IMG/VR virus record: IMGVR_UViG_3300023048_000002
Coordinates: 1-64,000 of that record
Source: a virus
Lineage: Duplodnaviria > Caudoviricetes
Reading direction: 5' to 3' (one strand)
DNA length: 64,000 bases
Shown here: positions 27,180 to 36,405 of the stretch, one piece after another
Position numbering within the stretch: the stretch's first letter is position 1
Layout of the letters: each line of letters begins with the position of its first letter
Position numbers and translations under genes: made by a program
Notes under the pieces: generated by a model
The model's database searches: none
What the model was told of the DNA's origin: nothing
Seen by the model: the letters and a program-made list of their open reading frames with translations, nothing else

Positions 27180-29282
27180 TTAGCTCAAGACTTTAGTCAT
27201 TGAGATTGATTCGAACTTGTTTGCCTGATTCGTTGGTCTAAATACATAGGCTTCACCAGATTCGATTAGAACATCCTTGTCATCATACAAGATGGGTGTT
27301 TCACCAGATTTTGCATGAATCATTAGATCACCTACCGAGGGTAGAGAATCTACATATTCAAGAAAAGCTGGCATCTTCTCTTCAAGTACGGACTGATTGT
27401 TTTCAGCGCTTGATACATCACCGTATAGGTTTGCATCAATGTAAACAAGCTTACGCTCCTTGACATCAATGTAAGCCACATACTTAGTCAGATTATCACC
27501 CTTGAGAGGAAATACCATCTGAGCGCGACTTGGTTCATATAGCTTACCAGTCTCAGCATTCTCACCCATCTGAAGAGTTGCAAGAACCTCATCAGATTCA
27601 GAGAACGACTTCTTACTGTAGCAAAGAATGTTCCATACCGCATAACGAACACCATCAGCCGCAAGCTTGTCAAGATATAGATCGATCATCTGACATGCAC
27701 GACCTTTAAGCTCACCGGAATTTACTGGATCACCAGAGAACACTGCTGACTTCTTAAATCTGGCTTCATTCCAGCAACATGAACCAACTGCTTTCCAATC
27801 ATCATTGAAAAAATTCCAACCATTGTCATACCATGTCGTCTCATGAGGATTAGACTGCCAGTAACTTGCGCTACGAAGGAAGGTAATATTCTCAGGAATA
27901 TCGAATGATGTTCCACGACCGTATTCTGCCAATTCCTGATCATTGGTGGCAAGTTTGATCTGTGAAGTACGCACATCTAGTTTCACACCATTTGGGAATA
28001 GTTTGTTTAGACGCTGCTTCAATTCACTAGTGACCAGCTTCAAGATGAATGACAAATCCTTACGTTCAATCTTGGTCTTCTCATTAGGAAGAATCTGCAT
28101 CTTGGTCCAGTTTCCCTTAGGAGCAATGGTCAAGTTCTTGCGATCATTGATCGTAAGTAGATACTTCTTAATTTTGATTAGCTGAAGAGTTGTTAGTGAC
28201 GGAACAACCTTACCGAAGCTCTTGAAAGCTTCAATGCCAAAGATGCCATACATACGATGGAGTGCGCGGAAGTACTCACCCGGACGTGTTTCAAGAAGCT
28301 TGAAGACCTTATTGCCTCCACCCTTCCACACGCCTTCACTCACAGCAAGTTCAAGCTTGCTGCTGAATGACTTAACTTCATCATTGTAAAGCTTATTGTA
28401 GACTTCTGAAATCTTACGGAACTGACGGTACTCACCCGGATGTAGCTGAGCAAGTAACTTCTTCCAAAGGTCTGCACGCTCAGCTACATCAGCCTCAAGG
28501 TTTTTTGAACCTGCTAGCATTGCTAGGATGGCACGACGATGAGCGCGTGAGAACTTCTTAAACTTAACTTTGGTGCGCAGGGAAGCATCAGCATCCGATA
28601 GTGCGGCACAGAGACGCATAACGTCTGTAGCATCTTCAACACGTATTGAAACCTTCAAAGCATTATCAACAACATACTTCAAGGTTTGAATCATGTTTTC
28701 CTTGAATCCAAAACCGGTAGAAGTGAGAACTTCAGGAATGATCTGTGGATAGTCCTTAAGAAATACTTTCATCGATTCAGACTGAATATCAGTCCACTTA
28801 GTCTTGTTCTCTACAAGATCAATAAAAATATTAAGAATCGAATGGTCAGACGAAAACTGAAGTACCTTAAGCTGACGCTCTTCGAAAATGGTTGGACGGG
28901 CCAATTCTTCCTGTGTGAAGTTATCCTTATGGAAACCCATGTACATTAGAATCTGCTTGACCCAATATTCTGACTGTGCCATGTCGAGAACTTCCTTAGG
29001 GAAGTTCTTATAGACAACAAAGTTGTCCATGTTGCGATCAGCACCAGTAATGGTCTTAAGGTTCGGCTCAAGCTTTGTCCAAAGAAGAGTTTGCTGACCC
29101 TTAGTCAAACCAGCAAAGCAAGCAAGTGCATCCTTAGAGAATGCAAAACCATAGGTTGCAAGGTTCGAAACAAACGTGGCAACAATATTTGAGTCAAAAA
29201 TCTTCGATGTAACCGGTGCGGCAAATTCATTAACTTCAAAGCTAACAAGGTTATGGCGAAGGAAGATTTCAGTGATATTCAT
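27180..29282 (-). CDS. ROT/TROVE-like helical-repeat protein with C-terminal TerD-like domain (Prok-RING_4-associated architecture, RING absent)
   Basis: YKNFPKEV, ATDVMRL, KFSRAHRR, LHPGEY, RPGEYFRAL, GRGT, SGD...ACQMIDL motifs recalled from this family. Confidence 0.7.
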   Translation of the reverse strand: MNITEIFLRHNLVSFEVNEFAAPVTSKIFDSNIVATFVSNLATYGFAFSKDALACFAGLTKGQQTLLWTKLEPNLKTITGADRNMDNFVVYKNFPKEVLDMAQSEYWVKQILMYMGFHKDNFTQEELARPTIFEERQLKVLQFSSDHSILNIFIDLVENKTKWTDIQSESMKVFLKDYPQIIPEVLTSTGFGFKENMIQTLKYVVDNALKVSIRVEDATDVMRLCAALSDADASLRTKVKFKKFSRAHRRAILAMLAGSKNLEADVAERADLWKKLLAQLHPGEYRQFRKISEVYNKLYNDEVKSFSSKLELAVSEGVWKGGGNKVFKLLETRPGEYFRALHRMYGIFGIEAFKSFGKVVPSLTTLQLIKIKKYLLTINDRKNLTIAPKGNWTKMQILPNEKTKIERKDLSFILKLVTSELKQRLNKLFPNGVKLDVRTSQIKLATNDQELAEYGRGTSFDIPENITFLRSASYWQSNPHETTWYDNGWNFFNDDWKAVGSCCWNEARFKKSAVFSGDPVNSGELKGRACQMIDLYLDKLAADGVRYAVWNILCYSKKSFSESDEVLATLQMGENAETGKLYEPSRAQMVFPLKGDNLTKYVAYIDVKERKLVYIDANLYGDVSSAENNQSVLEEKMPAFLEYVDSLPSVGDLMIHAKSGETPILYDDKDVLIESGEAYVFRPTNQANKFESISMTKVLS

Positions 29283-29305
29283 ATTGTTGTCCTTTATTTG
29301 TTTGA

Positions 29306-29332
29306 ATAAAAAACCCTCTTGCGAGGGTTTTG
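29306..29332 (-). terminator. intrinsic terminator between the tandem RNAs and the ROT/TerD gene
   Basis: AAAACCCTC-GCAA-GAGGGTTTTTT on the minus strand. Confidence 0.8.
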
Positions 29333-29340
29333 GAATAGGT

Positions 29341-29410
29341 GCAGGAAAGCGGATTGCTAAGTTCCAGATTTAAGATTGATGTTTTTAGAAGGAAGCAATT
29401 CCTAGCCTGC
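29341..29410 (-). ncRNA. structured ncRNA unit 2 (Y-RNA-like)
   Basis: GCAGG/CCTGC outer stem, CTA internal loop, GGAATTGCT/AGCAATCC inner stem, loop beginning TCCTTCTAAA. Confidence 0.65.
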
Positions 29411-29413
29411 GTA

Positions 29414-29476
29414 GTCTGGTAATTGTAAGAAGTAATTACAGAAAGTTATTTAGAAGGAACTTCTTACTAGCCTGAC
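29414..29476 (-). ncRNA. structured ncRNA unit 1 (Y-RNA-like)
   Basis: GTCAGG/CCAGAC outer stem, CTA internal loop, perfect 9-bp GTAAGAAGT/ACTTCTTAC stem, loop beginning TCCTTCTAAA. Confidence 0.65.
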
Positions 29477-29485
29477 GATTTGAAT

Positions 29486-29513
29486 ATTATACATCTTAAC
29501 AGGTTAATGTCAA
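29486..29513 (-). promoter_or_regulatory. consensus sigma70 promoter for the tandem RNAs and ROT/TerD gene
   Basis: TTGACA-16 nt-TATAAT. Confidence 0.8.
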
Positions 29514-29521
29514 GCTTTGAA

Positions 29522-29900
29522 TTAGTGGGTGGTTGTTACACCACCCGTGCTATTGGGTAATACGGGAGCAACCCGCATATGGGCTTACGCTGCTAGAGCG
29601 TAATCACCATAGAATGCATTTGTGTTAGCATTTATAGTTTTTTAAGGTTTTACGAACCATTCTGAAACGAACTGTAAACTTGCCTATTCTAGTCCCGGTC
29701 GAAGCCAATACATCCCCATCAAATATACTCTCATTGACGAACCTAGTTGCAGGTTTCGATCCTGCTTTCGCCCATCGTGCTAGCAGTGCCACGACAACAC
29801 TGGTCATAAGAGTATATTTGGTGGAGATGGCGGGATTCGAACCCGCGTGTCGCGACCCTTTATTACTCGCTTTTCAGAGAGTTTCCTCTCAAACAGTCAT
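29522..29900 (-). ncRNA. ssrA: tmRNA, circularly permuted two-piece form (acceptor piece ~29900-29819; intervening segment 29818-29718; coding piece 29717-~29522)
   Basis: GCGGG-TTCGAAT-CCCGC-CATCTCC-ACCA lies upstream of GGGGATGTATTGGCTTCGAC; G3.U70 pair; tag ANTNAFYGDYALAA* at 29629-29585. Confidence 0.9.
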
Positions 29901-29921
29901 GTTCTTATTTATATCACATTA

Positions 29922-30197
29922 TTACGGAATGTCAATGCTTACCATGTTATCAAGATTAATTTTTGGCACTCTTATCAATTCATCATCATCGACACAACCC
30001 ATAACCTTCACGTTCGGATCACTGACACATTCCAGAAATAGATGATTATAAACTGTTCCTTCTTCCCTATCTTCCAAATATCCAATGACTTTGAATACAT
30101 GACCTTTGTAGTTATCATAGTAAGGATACCATGGCCTAAGAGGATTAAACACCTTAGGATTAAAGATTACAAGGGTTCCAATTTCAAACAGATTCAT
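29922..30197 (-). CDS. hypothetical protein
   Basis: ORF. Confidence 0.55.
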   Translation of the reverse strand: MNLFEIGTLVIFNPKVFNPLRPWYPYYDNYKGHVFKVIGYLEDREEGTVYNHLFLECVSDPNVKVMGCVDDDELIRVPKINLDNMVSIDIP

Positions 30198-30200
30198 TTG

Positions 30201-31103
30201 TCAATCTTTTACTTTTTTGTGAGGTATGAGCGCTTCAACGCAACGTAGCATACCACTGAACGGAACCTTGTCAGCCATAGCATTGTCTAGAGTCCTATTA
30301 GCAATGTTGTACTTGCGAGCAATCTTAATCTTTGAACTGAACTCTTCAATGATCTTGCCACGAGGACCGATGACACGATAAACCTTTACCATCTTTACTT
30401 CTTCTCTATTTTTAACAGAGAGCGTGTAATTGTTAATGGTTCTTCCAGCATCATAGATGTTATACATGACATTATTCTTGATGTTAAAGAACTTGCAAGC
30501 TTCGCTAATGTTCTTAAACTCAAGGGTCTGTTGTGTTGGATTGTATTCTCTTACCAAGACTCCTTTAGCACGGGAATACATAGGCTTTCTAATAGCATCG
30601 TTAATGGTTGTTTCGCCAATATTTAATGCCTTGCTTGCGGCAGCAATAGATGGATATATCTGATGGCCTTGTACACCTTTACCCATGGCCCAAATCATCT
30701 TACCGCCAGACTTAACAGCCTTGGATAGGATTGATTCTTCATGTTTCTTAGCTTCGATATGACGCCAATAGAAACCATAAGCTTTGAATCCACTGAGCAT
30801 ACACATGTGCATGTTACCAGTGATGCTAACTGCTCTCTTGTTGCCGGGATCATTATCCACCTTCAAGACATTCTTAACAACCCATTTAGCAGCTTCTAAA
30901 CGTGATCCGAAAGTCTGGATGGATTTGCCTGTTAATGGATGAATCTGTTCAAGAGCGATCTGCTTCCTGAACTCTCTACCATTGAAGCTATCGGCATTAT
31001 GTGTGAACACATCTAGACGTAAAGCATTTTTCTTAGCTTCACTATCAACCCACTTGGTATCTGTTGTGCGGCCTTCAACGAAGGCTTCTTTAATTATACT
31101 CAT
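30201..31103 (-). CDS. NUMOD1/HTH-repeat DNA-binding protein (homing-endonuclease-derived domains, no nuclease motif seen)
   Basis: Repeated F.S..EAA motifs; KAYGFYWR. Confidence 0.6.
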   Translation of the reverse strand: MSIIKEAFVEGRTTDTKWVDSEAKKNALRLDVFTHNADSFNGREFRKQIALEQIHPLTGKSIQTFGSRLEAAKWVVKNVLKVDNDPGNKRAVSITGNMHMCMLSGFKAYGFYWRHIEAKKHEESILSKAVKSGGKMIWAMGKGVQGHQIYPSIAAASKALNIGETTINDAIRKPMYSRAKGVLVREYNPTQQTLEFKNISEACKFFNIKNNVMYNIYDAGRTINNYTLSVKNREEVKMVKVYRVIGPRGKIIEEFSSKIKIARKYNIANRTLDNAMADKVPFSGMLRCVEALIPHKKVKD

Positions 31104-31531
31104 TATTTGTATCCAATAAATGAAGGTGCTGGATGCTGTTCATCTAATGCCATACCGATAAGCCATGGTAGGTTAGACATACAAGCTTCCTTACGGTTCA
31201 TGATATCCTTAATCTTAAATAAGTCAACCTCTTCATCCGTAAGAGAACTGTAACCATTAATAGAATCGAAGCGTGTTGCATAAACAACAACATTCCAATA
31301 CTTTTGGTCAATGTCACCAATCGTACAAACATGAAACCATTCTTCACCAATGGTTTCTAATCCACATTCTTCTCTAAACTCTCGTGCCATAGCATCAGCC
31401 GGAGTATCATCGAACTCTTCGATTTTACCACCAATACCATTAAGTAAACCAGCCTGATTCTTCGGACGGTTCTTTCTAATCAATAGGACTTCATCGTTAT
31501 AGAACGCAAAACCAACAACATAATTAATCAT
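31103..31531 (-). CDS. Nudix hydrolase
   Basis: GGKIE...AMAREFREECG Nudix box. Confidence 0.9.
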   Translation of the reverse strand: MINYVVGFAFYNDEVLLIRKNRPKNQAGLLNGIGGKIEEFDDTPADAMAREFREECGLETIGEEWFHVCTIGDIDQKYWNVVVYATRFDSINGYSSLTDEEVDLFKIKDIMNRKEACMSNLPWLIGMALDEQHPAPSFIGYK

Positions 31532-31743
31532 AATTTATCCTCTTCAAGATCGTCTTCGCTCTCACAATTATATCCTGCAATCTCACACAGGTCTTCTAGG
31601 AGTTGATATGCATCTTCATGACTAGCATCAGTCAGATGAATTTCTTCGGCACAGTAAATATCATTCTTTTCGATAAAAGCTTTAATGGCAAACAGTAAAC
31701 GTTCACCCTTCCTCTTATCGACTGATTCTCTTCCTGTAGTCAT
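31528..31743 (-). CDS. hypothetical protein
   Basis: ORF overlapping both neighbours. Confidence 0.55.
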   Translation of the reverse strand: MTTGRESVDKRKGERLLFAIKAFIEKNDIYCAEEIHLTDASHEDAYQLLEDLCEIAGYNCESEDDLEEDKL

Positions 31744-32366
31744 TAGTAGATACCTCTGATAGCAGTGACGATACCCTTCTCAGAGTCAATGTTTAAACGA
31801 TCACTATGGCGATGTGCCTGATCATCAACAATTATTTGGCGCACAGTCATATTCTTTGAACGAGCAAAGTCAGTCAATACTTTGACTGACTGACCAATGT
31901 ATACTTTAAATTCTTCAACTCTGTCATTATTATCACTCCATTCCATAAGTGCTTCGATCATAGATTGATCGCAAATTGCTTGTAATTCTTCTTTAAAAGA
32001 TTCAAATACTTTACGTTCATAATTTAAATAACCTGCTGTACTGTATTTGATCTTATAACTACTTAATTCAGATATTGGTTGCTCAAATTTCTGTTCAATA
32101 GCTTTGATTACACTATCGTATTCAGCATCAGATAATTTTACAGAGCCAAAGTTAGGTGCATACGTCCAAGCCAATCCCATTAACTCATGTGTTACTGGAC
32201 TCATTATGTTGTCAGGCTGTTGCATGAAGATGACATCTTTCTGATCCATCTGACTCATATTAAACACTATTACATAACGACCTATACCATCTGCGTTCCA
32301 GTTAGTTAAATAAGATACTTTACCATCTTCAATGGATTTAAAAATTTTCTCAAGTAAACTGTTCAT
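31743..32366 (-). CDS. hypothetical protein
   Basis: ORF. Confidence 0.6.
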   Translation of the reverse strand: MNSLLEKIFKSIEDGKVSYLTNWNADGIGRYVIVFNMSQMDQKDVIFMQQPDNIMSPVTHELMGLAWTYAPNFGSVKLSDAEYDSVIKAIEQKFEQPISELSSYKIKYSTAGYLNYERKVFESFKEELQAICDQSMIEALMEWSDNNDRVEEFKVYIGQSVKVLTDFARSKNMTVRQIIVDDQAHRHSDRLNIDSEKGIVTAIRGIY

Positions 32367-32659
32367 TCTCTTTCCTTATACCAATCTAGGTTCCAATCAA
32401 ATGCTTCAATTTTATCGAAGACGATATGAACCTGCAAACCACATGGCCTACCATCTGTTACTGCCCTACCATCAACACTAGCGAGATTATATTCAATTCT
32501 CTCTTGGTACATAAACTTAATAAAGTCGGTATATGCTCTACCAATGTATTCCTGATAGTCTGAAATTCGAATCATCTTTCTGAATTCTCTAATTTGTTCA
32601 TCGGTTGGCGGCGGAAGATTTTTAATATGTTCTAGCAACTCTGCAAAACTCATAACCAT
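32363..32659 (-). CDS. hypothetical protein
   Basis: ORF. Confidence 0.55.
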   Translation of the reverse strand: MVMSFAELLEHIKNLPPPTDEQIREFRKMIRISDYQEYIGRAYTDFIKFMYQERIEYNLASVDGRAVTDGRPCGLQVHIVFDKIEAFDWNLDWYKERE

Positions 32660-32925
32660 TAGTATACTCGATATTTGTAAGGTCTACCAAAATCAGTCTT
32701 TTGCTTTGGTAGAGGTGTGATGGAATCTACATATTCTTGTAAAGTTCTAAATGCTGAATCATGGTTATGCCAATACGCATGTAACATCAAAGGATGTCTA
32801 ATACCAACCCATACCCACGCCAACTTCCTAGCAGAAAAGGTATTTTTCACTAGGAATTTATATCCTGTTAACCAATTACCTTTTCTTATACCAAATCTAT
32901 CATCATTAAATATTACAATTTTCAT
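32659..32925 (-). CDS. hypothetical protein
   Basis: ORF. Confidence 0.55.
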   Translation of the reverse strand: MKIVIFNDDRFGIRKGNWLTGYKFLVKNTFSARKLAWVWVGIRHPLMLHAYWHNHDSAFRTLQEYVDSITPLPKQKTDFGRPYKYRVY

Positions 32926-32933
32926 ATTATCCC

Positions 32934-34808
32934 TTACACATTAAACTCATCTTTGAACTCATCTACCGATAGTGTCTTGATACCCAACTCACGAGCCTTC
33001 ACGGCCTTTCCAGAGGTTGAGTTAGGCTCAGCCGTCACAAGGTGTGTGGTGTTCTTAGAGACCGAGCTACCGACCTTCGCACCAGCCTTTTCAAGCTTGG
33101 ACTGAAGGTCTTTGTCACGGAAGCCAGTGAACACGATATTCATACCCTTGAACTCATCAGTCTTCACTTCAACGATGAAGTTCAATCCTAGGCGATCTTT
33201 CAACTGTTTGGCGTTATACAAACCATTAACGAAAGATGTGGCTGTCTTCATTTCGAAACCATCAAAACCCATGACATCAGATAGCTTAAGGTTCCAGACA
33301 TCTGACTCATTAGTTAGATTCTTAATAAGAAGCTTTGACTTACGAACACCGAAGCCAGAACCAAAGTACATGACTGCACCAAGATAAGTAGGCAGAGTCA
33401 GGCCAGCAAGACGACGCTCAAGACTTGTGAAAATCTTGGAGCCATTGGAACCAATCACACCTTCCCATTCAATTTCCATTAGATTTAGAATGGTATCAAT
33501 AACTTCTTCATAGCTACGACTACGAAGCTTGAAAGCATCGAATACCTTAGCCATGCTTGATTCCTTAAGAAGATCGACTTCCAAGGTTTCAAAGAAATCT
33601 AGAACCTGCTTAAAGATTACATCTGAATCACTCTGATAGTTCTTACGAACGAAGTCAACCTTATTCTCATCCCACTCCCAATCACTATCAGGATATTGTG
33701 CAACGATCTTATCATCAGGAATCACGTCTGTGATGTATGGAATGACCTCACCTGAGCGAACTAGCTTGACAGTCTTACCCGGACCAATTTGGTTATCTAC
33801 AATAAACTTACCATTGAAACCAGTAGCAAAGGTAACAGTAACACCGCCGATCTTGACAGGTACGATTTCAACGCGTGGCTTCTCACGTCCCCACTTACTG
33901 ACTTCGTAGTGAATTTTTACAACCTTTGATTCCTTAATAGCGCTTGCATCCTGCACTTTGTACTTGACCGAATGCTCAGGGTTCAAACTAGAAGAACTTG
34001 AAAGCGTCTTCTGTGAATTCTTGTCATTGATGGTTACTACGATACCATCTAGCTCATAGTCTGATACAACGCGTGCATCACGGAGAGCCTTTGTCAGCGT
34101 AGGATCAGATACTTCAGAGCCAAAAATTTCATCATGTGCGACCACAGAAAATCCAAGGCTCTTCAATATAGCCAAGTCACCTTTCTGTGATGCAGTTAAA
34201 TATTCATCTGATCCATCGACAATTTGATAAGCAACGAAATCAATATCGTTAAGAACAGCATCATCAGTGGTGCTACGGTTCATTGCACCAGCGACCATGT
34301 TACGTGGGTTCGCGTAAGCACCTGACCAATTCTTTTCAAACTTATCATTAGACATGATCAACTCACCACGAATGGTAAGATGGCCGGTACCTGTGATTGA
34401 CAATGGGATATTAAGTTTCTTGACGTGACGTGAATAATCTGCACCTTCATAACCGTTACCACGGCTATAGGCGATCTGGAACTGACCATTCTTATACTGA
34501 AGCATGCAGCTTACGCCGTCCAGCTTATGACTGACGATGACCTCCTTAGTCTTGAGGCCATACTTTACGACCCAACTAGTGGCATCGCCTTCATAGATTT
34601 GCGTTAGCGAACCCATGGTATATGGAAGCTTGATCTTGCCGCCGCGAACGTCAGAGCCAACCTTCATAAAATAGGAATGGTTAGGCTGCATCTTCTGCGC
34701 CTTAACCTTCAATTGGTCATACTGAGCATCAGAGACCGATGGAATACCATTGGTATATTCATCGTCCCAAAGCTCAAGCTGTTCAACAATTGATTTAATG
34801 TTATCCAT
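32934..34808 (-). CDS. ligA: NAD-dependent DNA ligase
   Basis: YTNG.P.VSDAQYD, KLDG, SRGNG, RGE, NPRN, DGIV, RSGEVIP; C-terminal BRCT. Confidence 0.95.
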   Translation of the reverse strand: MDNIKSIVEQLELWDDEYTNGIPSVSDAQYDQLKVKAQKMQPNHSYFMKVGSDVRGGKIKLPYTMGSLTQIYEGDATSWVVKYGLKTKEVIVSHKLDGVSCMLQYKNGQFQIAYSRGNGYEGADYSRHVKKLNIPLSITGTGHLTIRGELIMSNDKFEKNWSGAYANPRNMVAGAMNRSTTDDAVLNDIDFVAYQIVDGSDEYLTASQKGDLAILKSLGFSVVAHDEIFGSEVSDPTLTKALRDARVVSDYELDGIVVTINDKNSQKTLSSSSSLNPEHSVKYKVQDASAIKESKVVKIHYEVSKWGREKPRVEIVPVKIGGVTVTFATGFNGKFIVDNQIGPGKTVKLVRSGEVIPYITDVIPDDKIVAQYPDSDWEWDENKVDFVRKNYQSDSDVIFKQVLDFFETLEVDLLKESSMAKVFDAFKLRSRSYEEVIDTILNLMEIEWEGVIGSNGSKIFTSLERRLAGLTLPTYLGAVMYFGSGFGVRKSKLLIKNLTNESDVWNLKLSDVMGFDGFEMKTATSFVNGLYNAKQLKDRLGLNFIVEVKTDEFKGMNIVFTGFRDKDLQSKLEKAGAKVGSSVSKNTTHLVTAEPNSTSGKAVKARELGIKTLSVDEFKDEFNV

Positions 34809-34867
34809 AAAAAAGCCTCATGTAGATATTTAATTCTACATGAGGCTACAGGAGAAATCAAGGAACG

Positions 34868-36340
34868 TTAGATGAACTTACTAACCTTACCGCTTGGCAT
34901 GTACTTAGCAAATTTTGCTTCAGTAATAGGTGTCAAGCCATGGTGACGACTAAAATATTCTTTTGCTTCTTTTATGTCCGCTTTGTATAAAGCCTTAGGC
35001 TCAGGTAGTTCTACCTTAAGCTCAACACCAATCACACCCTCAACATCATAGGCTTTAATAATCGTTATTATTTGGTCAGCAGTAATACCTTTACCACCCT
35101 TGACGATATCGTAAACGATCTTATTTACAAAATCAATCTTTTCCTTAGTACCATCGGCTTTAAGGCGAGTAATCTTCAAATCTTCCCATCGGTTTGCATC
35201 AATTTCCCAAGCCATGAATAGAAGTCTATTGAACTGCGCTAGAATTTTGTCCGTAGCATATGACATATACTCACGCGTCATATACTCAAACAAACAATTA
35301 ATCAACTCTTGTGATGGTTCCCATTCTTGGTTGAATGAACGAATATACATTAGAAGAGCCGCCACGGTGTTTTCTTTTTTTACATCTACGTGGGCAAATA
35401 TACCTTCTAATTTCAAACGTAACTTGCGGCTATTGCGAAGGTCTTCTTGGAAAGAGAAAGGGTCTTCAATGTTTTTAGCCATAAAGCAATCATTATCGTC
35501 AACACCTTCGTAATGGGCGATATCCTTCAACATTCCCTTAATCTTTCTGCGGGAAGTTTCGTATTCAATAGCAGTGGTGACAGCACTAATAATTTCGTCC
35601 TGAGCTTTCTTGATATTGTCGTTCAATGCTTCAACGGCTGCATTCGCGGAGTCTACGATAATTTTAAATCTTTCGTAGTTCTCATGCTCCATAGATTCAA
35701 CATCATCCATGATCAAATCTTTGATCGCACTTCTTGATACCTGTTCTATTGCCATACTGATGAATTTGGAATCCAGTGTCTCATCATCATATTCAGGAAG
35801 AGTGAAATCGTAGAGGTAAGGAATCCACTTGAAGACAGGATATTCATCCGATGTGAAGTTATCTTTGTCATCATCTAGAATGCCTTTACCAATAAGCTCA
35901 GTTCTATTAAGTAATCTGTAGTTAGAGTATGCATTAGAATAGATTCCCGCATCATTTAGAGCATTATAAAAATTGTCTGTCTTGATCAGGACGTTTGAAC
36001 CGACATCTAAAACAAGTTCTTTGTTTAGTAGGTCTTTCTTAGGGAAGAAAGTATAGCTCTGGCAATGCTTGGTTAATTCCATAACAATGTCTTGGAATCT
36101 TCCTCTATGTACCCTAGTAAGGTCATAACTCATTTTACTTATAAAATCTTTACCAAATGACTCCAAGAATGAGTCTTTAACGTAAGGCAGTTTGGTAGCA
36201 AAATCATCAAGCTCACTTTCCATATCAAAATTTATTGAAATGAAAGAACCATAGATGAATTGCATCTTATCAAAATGTGAATGACTAATTATGTTGGAAA
36301 TTACTTTATAATCAGAGGGTTGTAGAACTTTTGAAAACAT
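34868..36340 (-). CDS. hypothetical protein (late-promoter driven)
   Basis: 490-aa ORF; TATAAATA upstream. Confidence 0.7.
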   Translation of the reverse strand: MFSKVLQPSDYKVISNIISHSHFDKMQFIYGSFISINFDMESELDDFATKLPYVKDSFLESFGKDFISKMSYDLTRVHRGRFQDIVMELTKHCQSYTFFPKKDLLNKELVLDVGSNVLIKTDNFYNALNDAGIYSNAYSNYRLLNRTELIGKGILDDDKDNFTSDEYPVFKWIPYLYDFTLPEYDDETLDSKFISMAIEQVSRSAIKDLIMDDVESMEHENYERFKIIVDSANAAVEALNDNIKKAQDEIISAVTTAIEYETSRRKIKGMLKDIAHYEGVDDNDCFMAKNIEDPFSFQEDLRNSRKLRLKLEGIFAHVDVKKENTVAALLMYIRSFNQEWEPSQELINCLFEYMTREYMSYATDKILAQFNRLLFMAWEIDANRWEDLKITRLKADGTKEKIDFVNKIVYDIVKGGKGITADQIITIIKAYDVEGVIGVELKVELPEPKALYKADIKEAKEYFSRHHGLTPITEAKFAKYMPSGKVSKFI

Positions 36341-36405
36341 TTTTAAATCCTTAATAGGTGTCTAAAAATATTTATAGTCCGTTAAAAAGCGTGAACCTGA
36401 GAGCC

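Noticed and set aside
29341-29476. Mini CRISPR array
   Set aside because: Only two imperfect units, whose variable parts self-pair; no cas genes in the window.
29625-30045. ORFs 29625..29807, 29680..30045 and 29847..30041
   Set aside because: Shadow ORFs over the tmRNA and its promoter.
30201-31103. Active homing endonuclease or intron
   Set aside because: Only NUMOD1-like DNA-binding repeats are seen; no GIY-YIG or HNH motif and no interrupted flanking gene.
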